DNA of 64,000 bases from an uncultured Gammaproteobacteria bacterium (GTDB lineage Bacteria; Patescibacteriota; Microgenomatia; Daviesbacterales; UBA10151). Where the stretch lies: the NCBI GenBank assembly GCA_964415615.1, contig CAYQAW010000004.1, positions 21,543 to 85,542 of the forward strand. The letters are read 5' to 3'. Shown here one piece after another: positions 27,396 through 36,363 of the stretch. The translations under genes were made by a program, and so were the position numbers. Below the pieces are notes generated by a model. It had not been told where the DNA came from. It saw nothing but the letters and a program-made list of their open reading frames with translations, and did no database searches. The first letter of the stretch is position 1. The number at the start of each line of letters is the position of its first letter.

Positions 27396-28171
27396 TACTT
27401 CCAGACTTTCCACTTAGGATCTTCACTCCAAAGCTTATTAAGGTTATCAACATCTGGGTATGTATCCATAGAGTGCCAAAAATCATCATGGACATAAACA
27501 GATAACTGTCTTTCGTTGATTAATTTCTTTATGGCGTTATGTTCAAATTCACCTTTATTGAGATATGAGAAGAATTGCTTTTTGAAAACCATAAAACCGC
27601 CATTTACCCATTCTGTGAGAACTGGTTTTTCAACAAATCTTTGGACAGTATAATTGCCATCAATTGTCAAAAGGCCATATTTGCTTCTAGGGTGAACGCC
27701 CGTAACCGTGCCAATTAGTCCATGAGATTTATGGAACTTAACTAATTTTCCGATATCTACGTTGGCTACTCCATCACCGTATGTAACCATAAAGTCTTCA
27801 TCGCCTTCTGGTATATAATCCTTAACTCGTAAAATACGTTCACCTGGCAATGTATCTTGGCCAGTGTCAACTAATGTAATTTTGAAATCATCTTTGGTAT
27901 CTTCAGAGTTTCTTAATAGTTTAACTGCCCCGCTTTTAGTATTAAGGGTAAAATTATCTTCGAGGTATTTTTGATTGAGGAAATAATTTTTAATATAGTC
28001 ACCTTTATAGCCCAAGGCAATTATAAAATCATTGAAACCGTAGTAGGCATAAATCTTCATAATATGCCACAGTATTGGTTTGTTGCCGACGAAAACCATT
28101 GGTTTTGGTTTAAATTCAGTTTCTTCTTTAAGCCTGTATCCTATGCCACCACAAAGTATAATGACTTTCAT
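27395..28171 (-). CDS. rfbF: Glucose-1-phosphate cytidylyltransferase
   Basis: ILCGG.G.RLKEET..KPKPM, PILWHIMK.Y, LGYKG, VDTG, TYGDG, FVEKP, NGGF, FW..MDT. Confidence 0.93.
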   Translation of the reverse strand: MKVIILCGGIGYRLKEETEFKPKPMVFVGNKPILWHIMKIYAYYGFNDFIIALGYKGDYIKNYFLNQKYLEDNFTLNTKSGAVKLLRNSEDTKDDFKITLVDTGQDTLPGERILRVKDYIPEGDEDFMVTYGDGVANVDIGKLVKFHKSHGLIGTVTGVHPRSKYGLLTIDGNYTVQRFVEKPVLTEWVNGGFMVFKKQFFSYLNKGEFEHNAIKKLINERQLSVYVHDDFWHSMDTYPDVDNLNKLWSEDPKWKVWK

Positions 28172-28249
28172 ATTTAATTCCTAAATATTAGACTAACTTT
28201 TACTGGTAGTCAACATGACTAAAATTCCTTGGTGTGATTTTACTTAAGT

Positions 28250-29254
28250 TTAATTATTCCAACCTTGAGGATGTTCCTTGTACCAGCTAACTGAGGACTT
28301 GATTGAGTCGTCGAGACTATGTTGTGGTTTCCAAGCCAATATTTTGTTAGCCTTGTTGATTGAAGCAATTATTTTGCTATATTCTCCAGCCCGGGTATTG
28401 CCTACGTTAATATCGAATTTGACTCCTGTAGCTTTTTGTACAGATTTGATAATTTCTAAGACAGAGTTTCCTTTACCTGTTCCTAGGTTGATAATTTCAC
28501 TTTGGCCTTTATTGATTAAATATTCAACTGCTTTCAGATGAGCTTTTGCCAGATCAACTACATTAACATAATCACGGATAGGAGTTTTATCGGGTGTAAT
28601 TACTTTTGGGCAAGTCAATAAAAAGTTCTCAATTCCTAAAGCTGCTCTAACTGCATTTTGGACAAGATGTGGTGAAGGGTTCTTTGAATCACCTATCAGT
28701 CCATCAGTACTTGCCCCGCAAACATTAAAGTAACGCAAGATTACATAATTTAATCCAAGTAATTTACCATACCATTTAATGATTTCTTCGATCATTTTTT
28801 TGGACTCACCGTATGGGTTAGTAGGGTTGGTAGGGTAATTTTCATCTACTGGGGTATGATCAATCTCGCCATATACCGCGCAGGTGGAAGAGAAAACTAT
28901 ATTCTTTAGGTTATTTTTTAACATCGAGGTTAATAGGTTTTGCGAGCAGCAGACATTATTTTGAAAATACTTTTGGGGATTTTTCATAGAATCATCGACT
29001 AAACAAAATGCTGCAAAATGAACGACTGCTGCAATATTGTTCTCCTTTTCAAGAATTTGATTTAGTTCTTCAGCTAAGCCTATTTCGTAGAATCGGAATT
29101 TATCCTTGCTGAATTTTTCCTGCAAAATCTGAAGCGGTTTTCTGAAACCAGTGGTAAAATTATCGATAGCTATTACTTCGAAACCTCTTTGTAAGAATAA
29201 GTACGTAGTAACCGAACCAATGTATCCGCCTGCTCCTGTTATGAGTACTTTCAT
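28250..29254 (-). CDS. galE: UDP-glucose 4-epimerase
   Basis: TGAGGYIGS, HFAA, FSSTCAVYG, PTNPYGESK, LRYFNVCGA, RDYVNV.DLAKAH, NLGTG.G.SV. Confidence 0.92.
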   Translation of the reverse strand: MKVLITGAGGYIGSVTTYLFLQRGFEVIAIDNFTTGFRKPLQILQEKFSKDKFRFYEIGLAEELNQILEKENNIAAVVHFAAFCLVDDSMKNPQKYFQNNVCCSQNLLTSMLKNNLKNIVFSSTCAVYGEIDHTPVDENYPTNPTNPYGESKKMIEEIIKWYGKLLGLNYVILRYFNVCGASTDGLIGDSKNPSPHLVQNAVRAALGIENFLLTCPKVITPDKTPIRDYVNVVDLAKAHLKAVEYLINKGQSEIINLGTGKGNSVLEIIKSVQKATGVKFDINVGNTRAGEYSKIIASINKANKILAWKPQHSLDDSIKSSVSWYKEHPQGWNN

Positions 29255-29270
29255 ATTTTGAAATTATCTT

Positions 29271-29921
29271 TTATTTCTTCTCAACAAAAAAGAAAACTTC
29301 CATCCCCAGGTGGGAAAATTTTTTACTGATAATATTAAAGCCGCATTCCTTAATTAATTGTTCTAAATTATTCGGATCATAAGGGTGAAGATGGGAATCT
29401 TGCCAAACTTTCCCCCGAGTCTTAGTCCAAACCATCCAGATTATTTTAAAAAGTAAATTATCTGTATCTTGGCCAATTAAGGCGTTGCCTTTACTTTTTA
29501 AGCAACGGTGTATTTCACAAATTGCTGTTTTTGGGTTTTCAAGATGCTCTATAGTTTCTATGCAGGTGATCAGGTCAAAACTGCCACTGTCAAAAGGAAG
29601 TTTATGAGCATCAGCAAATTTAAACTTAATATTTGGATAAGCTCTTTGTCCAAACTTAAGAGCCTTTTCGTAAGAATCAACAGCGAAAACTACTGAGGGG
29701 AGAAAGAAGGTGGCAATCTGAGATGTAAGCGAGCCAGAGGCGCATCCAATATCAAGCAGTTTCGATGGTTTCTTATCTGATTGCTTAAGGATTTCCTTCA
29801 TGGAATGCCATTTCCAAGTATGCCAAATTTTTTGGAACAAGTTATTCTTAATACCTATTTGATAGTAGTCAGGTGGTACTTGTGCCCAAATATCTTTTAG
29901 AGCTTTAGAACTTTTTTTCAT
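29271..29921 (-). CDS. Class I SAM-dependent methyltransferase
   Basis: LLDIGCASG, DAHKLPF..GSFD, IEHLENP, EIHRCLK. Confidence 0.9.
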   Translation of the reverse strand: MKKSSKALKDIWAQVPPDYYQIGIKNNLFQKIWHTWKWHSMKEILKQSDKKPSKLLDIGCASGSLTSQIATFFLPSVVFAVDSYEKALKFGQRAYPNIKFKFADAHKLPFDSGSFDLITCIETIEHLENPKTAICEIHRCLKSKGNALIGQDTDNLLFKIIWMVWTKTRGKVWQDSHLHPYDPNNLEQLIKECGFNIISKKFSHLGMEVFFFVEKK

Positions 29922-29989
29922 TGTTGAAACTTTATTAACATATCACAATTTGAATTACATTAGTTTATCACACACCCGTAATTAGGGGA

Positions 29990-32407
29990 TTAGATCTTCT
30001 TTAGGACTTTCCAAACAACGATAAAGTCATCAAATCCTTTCCATATTATTTGTGCGTTGCAACTGCAAACGTCTTCTGGTTTATTAATGTAGGATAAAGC
30101 TAGATAATCGTAGTCGATGGATTTTGATGGTTCGCTACCAGAAACTTTTGTTTCTTGGTGAGTATAGAATTGATTATTATATCCTGGAAGGGCGTTGTCA
30201 AAATACAAGCTTCTATCTTTTAGGGTAGTTACCAAAGCCCTTTTTAAAGCTTCCCATTTAGACCAGTTCTCAATACCTTTGGAGGAGATATTTACGTAAA
30301 CTTTAGCTTCTCTTGGTATTACAGATTGGCTAAGTTCTGCAAAAGTTCCCGGCAGGTCTGAAGCCTCGTCAATATATGCATCATTTATTTTATATATTCT
30401 TTCCTCGCTTTGATTAGATAAATCATTTGTTGTTGAGAAAATAGGAGAAAAATATTTGTTAGATTTTAGTTGTTCTTTCCTAATTTCTGGCAGCTTTTGG
30501 AAGTCTTGATAATCTATCAGTAGATAAGTAATCTTAAATTTGTTAAACATTGTTGGATTAAGAGTATAAATAAGATCAAAATATTGAGGTGATTTATCTA
30601 TTGAGTAATCTTTATAATCTCCCAACCAAATAGGAGTAAAAACTCCGACATGAATTAAAGGAGAGGTAATGCTAGAACTTAACTGAAGTAATCTAGCGTT
30701 GAAGGGTAAATTATTATATAGCCAGTTTTCTGTAGAATTAAGAAGGTAAGTATCTGGAGAAATTAGTTTATTGTTTTTCTCACCTATTGAAAGAAGCCAG
30801 GCCATATTTGGAAAGAGGGATGGAATAGCTAAACAGATTATTAGGGTGAGTATTATGAATTTATATACTCTGCTTTTCTTTAGATCTTCTAACGTCCATA
30901 TAAGGAAAAGAGCAAGATTGATTCCCAAGAAAGTGTAGGTAAGAGCCAGTAACCTACTGGAGTAATTACTAAGAGAGAATGTTAAATTATACAGCAAGCT
31001 TGTAGTAATCGCAGGCGTAAGTAAGCTTATGAAGATTAACAACCTAAGCCTTTGTCTAGAGAGTAATAAGAATAGGAAGATAAAAAAGTTGGCTAAATAA
31101 AAATAAATGACTCCTGGATGAAACCAGATAAAAGGCAGCCATTTTTCCCTTGTGGGAAGAAATAACCTGGAAGATTGTTGTTGGAGTTGATAAGTTTGTA
31201 GATCAGTATTTTCCAGACGGACAAGTTCGTTGTAATTATCATAAATTGCATTATGGACAAAGGTCTTCTTTTTATCTGGAAAAAATTGTAGAGTAGGGTA
31301 TTCTGATTTCTTTCCTGTTAATAAGCCAGTAGGAACTCCACCTTGGAAGATAATTATAATAGGAAGCAGTAGAGAGAGGATTATTAAGGATAGTACATTT
31401 TTTTTGGTAACAAGAGATCTAAAAGGAAATTCTTTGCAAAGTATTATAAGGCACATTGATGGAAAAGCTAAAAGCACAAACGCCTCGTTTATTATTGATA
31501 GTGCAGCTACGCTAAATGTTAAAATTGTCCAACTTAAGATTCTGCGATTCTTATCGTAAGTAAAACTTAGCCAAAGGATCCAAACAAATGATGCTACCGC
31601 AACTAGCTCGTGATAGAAAAAAATTAAGCCTTGTAAAGAAATAATTGCCCCTCCATATGTCGAGAAGGCTTTTTCTACAGAGGGCATCTTGGAGAGCCAA
31701 TCAAGTATTCCTGTGAAATTTGGTGGGAGCTCAAAAGGAAACTTTGGGACGGCAATCATCCAGTTACCCAAACTAATCAGGATAATAAGAGGTATTAGTT
31801 GATAGGCAATTAAAGACTTGATGGTTAAATGTCTTTTAAACACCCATGATAGAAAAGTTGAGAGCATGAGGAGTATTACAAAAGCAGTAGATCTTTGGAT
31901 TAGATCGAAAGAGCTACCAGAAAATAGGTGAAATACCCCCATAAATATTGAGGGTCCGTAGTGATATGCAAGTTGAATATCTGGTTGCCAAGGTGAGTAA
32001 ATCGGGAAATTTCCTCTAGTAAATGATTTAGCGATCAAGGTATAAAGAGTTGGGTCGCCTGAAAGGCTGACGTGTCCTACAACCCGAAAAAGAAGGATGG
32101 CCCAAATAAGGATTGATAAAAGAAGTAATTTTTTTGAAATGCTATTTGGCAGATTGATTCCAGTAATAGGTTTTTTGAGACGCAAAAGAATTAGGCCAGT
32201 TAAGAAGAAAATGATATAAGCAATATAAATACCCAATGTAGGATGAAATATATATGATGTCAAGTTTAAAAAAAGAATAAATAAAGCAGTACTGCCAAAT
32301 AGTGAGACAGGGACAATTACTTCTAGTCTGTTTTCGGAAGATATTAATCTAGTTAATTTAAAACCCACGAACCAAATAGGTAGTATAAGAAGGAGTATAA
32401 GTAGCAT
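29990..32407 (-). CDS. Large polytopic membrane protein, putative GT-C glycosyltransferase
   Basis: 805 aa, many TM segments, GDP followed by NFP..PWQPD..L.YHYG in the first large loop, soluble C-terminal domain. Confidence 0.55.
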   Translation of the reverse strand: MLLILLLILPIWFVGFKLTRLISSENRLEVIVPVSLFGSTALFILFLNLTSYIFHPTLGIYIAYIIFFLTGLILLRLKKPITGINLPNSISKKLLLLSILIWAILLFRVVGHVSLSGDPTLYTLIAKSFTRGNFPIYSPWQPDIQLAYHYGPSIFMGVFHLFSGSSFDLIQRSTAFVILLMLSTFLSWVFKRHLTIKSLIAYQLIPLIILISLGNWMIAVPKFPFELPPNFTGILDWLSKMPSVEKAFSTYGGAIISLQGLIFFYHELVAVASFVWILWLSFTYDKNRRILSWTILTFSVAALSIINEAFVLLAFPSMCLIILCKEFPFRSLVTKKNVLSLIILSLLLPIIIIFQGGVPTGLLTGKKSEYPTLQFFPDKKKTFVHNAIYDNYNELVRLENTDLQTYQLQQQSSRLFLPTREKWLPFIWFHPGVIYFYLANFFIFLFLLLSRQRLRLLIFISLLTPAITTSLLYNLTFSLSNYSSRLLALTYTFLGINLALFLIWTLEDLKKSRVYKFIILTLIICLAIPSLFPNMAWLLSIGEKNNKLISPDTYLLNSTENWLYNNLPFNARLLQLSSSITSPLIHVGVFTPIWLGDYKDYSIDKSPQYFDLIYTLNPTMFNKFKITYLLIDYQDFQKLPEIRKEQLKSNKYFSPIFSTTNDLSNQSEERIYKINDAYIDEASDLPGTFAELSQSVIPREAKVYVNISSKGIENWSKWEALKRALVTTLKDRSLYFDNALPGYNNQFYTHQETKVSGSEPSKSIDYDYLALSYINKPEDVCSCNAQIIWKGFDDFIVVWKVLKKI

Positions 32408-32546
32408 ATTGATTTATATCTTTATTAAGGCAGTAGATATGTTCAAACTATAACACAGGTTAAGTTGAGGGGACAAGGTTGATTGAGCAATATCCATACA
32501 AGTTTAAAGATAAGCTTTTTTATTGTATGATTGACTGAATCTAAGT

Positions 32547-33737
32547 ATGGAAAAGAAAAACATTTATATATTTGCTTTAGCTGCTTCTGGTTTAGGAATT
32601 TCTGGAGGAGATAGAATCTTTATTGAAACCTCAAGAGTTTTATCTGAAAACAATAAAATTAAAATATTTGTTTGGAGTGAGGGGTTTGCAATGTGCAAAA
32701 GGCATGATCTTAAAAAGCCTAATATAGAATATCATGTTTCAGAAATGTGGCCTTTTAAAAACTTTGGTTTTGCAATAAATTACTTTGCTAGAATTATTGA
32801 GGGGATAAGATTAGGATTAACAACAGAAGTGGAAAACAATAAAGATACTGTTGTTTATTCTGCCTCAGAATTTTGGATGGATTGCTTGCCAGGATTTATC
32901 TTAAAGATGCGTTTTAAAGACATCAAATGGGTAACAGCTTGGTTTCAGACTGCTCCAAACCCTCTTAAGGGATTTACTGAGGGAGGAAGAAGAGATAGAT
33001 ATCGTTTAAGCGCTCTGCCATATTGGTTAGCGCAGCTTTTTATGAAACCTCTGATTAAGAAGGCTGCTGGTTTAATATTAGTTAATAACCAGACGGAAAT
33101 AAATCAGTTTAATAACCTAAAGAACAATCAGAAAGTGATGGTTTTTTTTGGTGCTTTAGACCTTGATAAAATTGAGTACTTCAAAAATGAATACAGAGAT
33201 ATCAAAAAGAAATATGATGCTGTTTTTCAGGGTAGATTTCATCCACAAAAAGGCGTTTTGGAACTTGTGGATATTTGGAAAAATATAGTTAATGTTAAGT
33301 CTAATGCTTGTTTGGTAATGATTGGAGACGGACCGTTAAAGAGGGATGTAGAGTTAAAAATTAAGAGTTTAGACTTACAGAAGAATATCATTTTGACAGG
33401 ATATTTGTTTGATGGAGAAGATAAATATAAGATCTTTGCCCAAAGCCGGGTAGTAGTCCATCCAGCATTTTACGATTCAGGCGGAATGGCGTCGGCTGAG
33501 GCGATGGCATTCGGTCTTCCTTGTGTTGGCTTTAATCTAGAAGCTTATAAATCTTATTACCCTAAAGGGATGGTTAAGGTGGAAGTTGGTAATTTGGAGG
33601 AATTTTCAAACCAGATTTTAAATCTGCTTAGTGATAAGAAGTATTACGGAGATATTGCTGTACAGGCGACAAATATGATACAAAATAACTGGTCTTTTAA
33701 GACTAGGACAAAACAGTTATTAAAGGAGATAAATTAA
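32547..33737 (+). CDS. Glycosyltransferase family 4
   Basis: SGGDR, FQGRFHPQKG, IGDG, HPAFYDSGGMASAEAMAFGLP. Confidence 0.9.
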   Translation: MEKKNIYIFALAASGLGISGGDRIFIETSRVLSENNKIKIFVWSEGFAMCKRHDLKKPNIEYHVSEMWPFKNFGFAINYFARIIEGIRLGLTTEVENNKDTVVYSASEFWMDCLPGFILKMRFKDIKWVTAWFQTAPNPLKGFTEGGRRDRYRLSALPYWLAQLFMKPLIKKAAGLILVNNQTEINQFNNLKNNQKVMVFFGALDLDKIEYFKNEYRDIKKKYDAVFQGRFHPQKGVLELVDIWKNIVNVKSNACLVMIGDGPLKRDVELKIKSLDLQKNIILTGYLFDGEDKYKIFAQSRVVVHPAFYDSGGMASAEAMAFGLPCVGFNLEAYKSYYPKGMVKVEVGNLEEFSNQILNLLSDKKYYGDIAVQATNMIQNNWSFKTRTKQLLKEIN

Positions 33738-34651
33738 TGAATAAAAATAATGTAGGCGTTAGTGTGGTAATACCAAGTTATAATTGCAAGAAAATATTAT
33801 TTAGGTTGCTGGATTCATATAAGAAGTCTTCATATAAAAACTTAGAGATTATAGTAGTTGATAACGGATCTAAAGATGCTAGTTTAGAAGAGGGGAAAAG
33901 AAAATATCCCCATATTAGATGGATAGATGCAGGGGAACACAATATCGGCCAGACTGGTTGTTACAACTTAGGGTTTGCCAGCGCGAAAAAGGGAAACCAT
34001 ATCTTATTTAATGATTCTGACGTTGTGGTTGAAAAAGATATGGTGAAGAGCCTGGTAAAAAGCCTTGATCAAAATAAGAAGATCGGTATTGTTACGCCGA
34101 TGATACTCTATTTATCAGATATAAATTGGGTTAACCAGGCAGGGTCATATGTTGATTTAACAACAGGTAAAGTTAATATAGGCTGGGGTCCGAAGAAAGA
34201 TTTTCTGGTTGGGAAAGAGGTGCAAAACTCCGGAACTTTGATGTTGTTTAGGAATAAAGTTTTGGAAAAGATTGGCGGTTTTGATAATTGGTTTATGTGC
34301 TATTTTGACCCAGATTATTGCCTGAGGGCTAAAAAAGCTGGTTTTATTACCTGGTATAATCCTGAAGCGGTTGCTTATCACGATCAGTCAAAAGACGAGC
34401 GAGTGTGGAGGCCAAGGGTTTTATCTAGAGCTTATTTACTTGGAAGGAATAGAGTGCTTTTTATGAGAAAACATGGCAATATAATCAGTTTTAGTTTATT
34501 CTTGCCCTTACTCTTAGGGTATTATCTGATTGAGGCTTTGCGTTTTAATAAAATGAAGAAATTCTTAGAATTAGTGTGGGGTACAATAGTGGGATATTTT
34601 TATCCAGTAAATAGAAATCTGTATATTCCCCTGCCGAGGTTAAGCAAATGA
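33737..34651 (+). CDS. Glycosyltransferase family 2
   Basis: SVVIPSYN, VVDNGSKD, NDSD, IGGFD..F..YFDPDYCLR. Confidence 0.9.
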   Translation: MNKNNVGVSVVIPSYNCKKILFRLLDSYKKSSYKNLEIIVVDNGSKDASLEEGKRKYPHIRWIDAGEHNIGQTGCYNLGFASAKKGNHILFNDSDVVVEKDMVKSLVKSLDQNKKIGIVTPMILYLSDINWVNQAGSYVDLTTGKVNIGWGPKKDFLVGKEVQNSGTLMLFRNKVLEKIGGFDNWFMCYFDPDYCLRAKKAGFITWYNPEAVAYHDQSKDERVWRPRVLSRAYLLGRNRVLFMRKHGNIISFSLFLPLLLGYYLIEALRFNKMKKFLELVWGTIVGYFYPVNRNLYIPLPRLSK

Positions 34652-35304
34652 AAATACTCGATCGCCTGAAGCTAACTTTACCGTTTTCTTATATGTGGTT
34701 ATTAAGAATTTCTATTGGAGATTGTAAAACAGTTTTAGACTTAGGTTGTGGTGATGGGTCGTTAATGGGCCTTCTTTCGCAAAACAATAAGTGGCAGATC
34801 ACGGGAGTTGATATTTATAAGCAATCAATTGAAAGAGCTAAGAGAAGTAATATTTATCATGAATTGTTCCAAGGTGATTTGCTCAAGACTATTAAAAACA
34901 ATAAATTAAAGCCTAGATATGATGTAGTATTCTTTTCCCAGGTAATAGAGCATATAACAAGAAGCCAGGGTGAACAGATCCTTGATGAAATTGAAACACT
35001 AGCAAGAAAAAGGATTGTCGTGGGAACTCCTCGTGGATTCATGGAGCAGCCACATGAGTTTTTGGATGGAAATCCTTATCAGGTCCACAAATCAGGATGG
35101 AGTATTGAGGACTTTAGTTCAAGAGGATATAAAGTTTATGGAGTGGGGTTTTGGCCGATTTGGTCTTATCATGGATTGGGGCGGAATGCTGGCATTTTTG
35201 GCAAGATTGTCTCTAACCTGATTTCCTATATGATGTCACCTGTTGTCTATTATTTTCCTCAACTGGCTGCAGGTGTTATTGCCATAAAAGAAAAGAGCAG
35301 GTAA
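34648..35304 (+). CDS. Class I SAM-dependent methyltransferase
   Basis: VLDLGCGDG, GVDI, YDVV..SQVIEH, TP.GF..Q, HKSGW. Confidence 0.88.
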   Translation: MKILDRLKLTLPFSYMWLLRISIGDCKTVLDLGCGDGSLMGLLSQNNKWQITGVDIYKQSIERAKRSNIYHELFQGDLLKTIKNNKLKPRYDVVFFSQVIEHITRSQGEQILDEIETLARKRIVVGTPRGFMEQPHEFLDGNPYQVHKSGWSIEDFSSRGYKVYGVGFWPIWSYHGLGRNAGIFGKIVSNLISYMMSPVVYYFPQLAAGVIAIKEKSR

Positions 35305-35310
35305 AAATAA

Positions 35311-36363
35311 ATGCTTACAGGAAAGCTTCCTTTTATATCCATAGTTATTGCTAACTATAATGGTAGAGCGTATCTCCGTACGTGCCTAACTGCGCTTCTT
35401 AGATCTTCTATAACAAAATACGAGATTATAGTTATTGACAATAATTCCACTGATGAGAGTGCTGAGATTGTAAAGGAATTTATAGTTCGTGACCCAAGAA
35501 TTTCATTATTAAGAAATAAGGTTAATATAGGAGTGCCTGCCAGCAGAAACAGGGCTATTAAGAGTTGCAAGGGTGATATTGTTATCTTGTTAGATAATGA
35601 TACTCAAGTAAAGCCTGATTCCTTAAAACAGCTGATAGAGCCTTTATTAGAGGATAAAGAAGTGGGTGCAGCTCAAGCATTGTTAATCGATTTCGAGAAT
35701 AGAGATTTAATACAAATGGCCGGGGGCCATTTAATCCCTCAAGCTATTTGGTTGATGGGCTTTTACGAAAGAAGCAAGTTTAAAGAGGTAAGATCTGAGC
35801 TTGGACTCTCGAATATAATAGCAATATCAGCAGCGCTAGCTGTTAAAAAAGAGGTGTTGGATAAGATTGGCGGATATGATGCTTTGCTTTATAATTACAC
35901 TGACGACCTGGACCTTTCCTGGCGAATTTGGATTGCAGGTTATAGAGTAGTTCTTGCCAATAAAGCAATTGTATTTCATTACACAAAGTCAGTGGCAAGG
36001 CGTGCCAATATTGGTGCTAATAATTTTGATATTTACTTTCAACTTGCTAAAAACTCTTTTCGTTCAATGCTAAAAAACTATGAGATGACAAACGTGATCA
36101 GGTATTTGCCAATTAGTCTTTTTGTGAACTTATCCCGAGCGACTCTAGTGCTTGTGAAAAGAGGCGATTTTTCTGCTTTTTTGGCAACTCTTTATAGTAT
36201 ATGGTGGAGTTTTAAGAATTTACAGAATAGCTTACAAAGCCGTGCATTAACTCAAAAAACAAGGAAATTGAGTGATAAGCAAATAATGGAGGAAGTCTTT
36301 GTTAAGGGTGGATTAATAGATATTTATAATAGGAATTACAGAAGTTCTAAGCTTTTATGGTAA
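35311..36363 (+). CDS. Glycosyltransferase family 2
   Basis: SIVIANYNG, IDNNSTD, LDND, IGGYD, DDLDLSWR. Confidence 0.9.
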   Translation: MLTGKLPFISIVIANYNGRAYLRTCLTALLRSSITKYEIIVIDNNSTDESAEIVKEFIVRDPRISLLRNKVNIGVPASRNRAIKSCKGDIVILLDNDTQVKPDSLKQLIEPLLEDKEVGAAQALLIDFENRDLIQMAGGHLIPQAIWLMGFYERSKFKEVRSELGLSNIIAISAALAVKKEVLDKIGGYDALLYNYTDDLDLSWRIWIAGYRVVLANKAIVFHYTKSVARRANIGANNFDIYFQLAKNSFRSMLKNYEMTNVIRYLPISLFVNLSRATLVLVKRGDFSAFLATLYSIWWSFKNLQNSLQSRALTQKTRKLSDKQIMEEVFVKGGLIDIYNRNYRSSKLLW

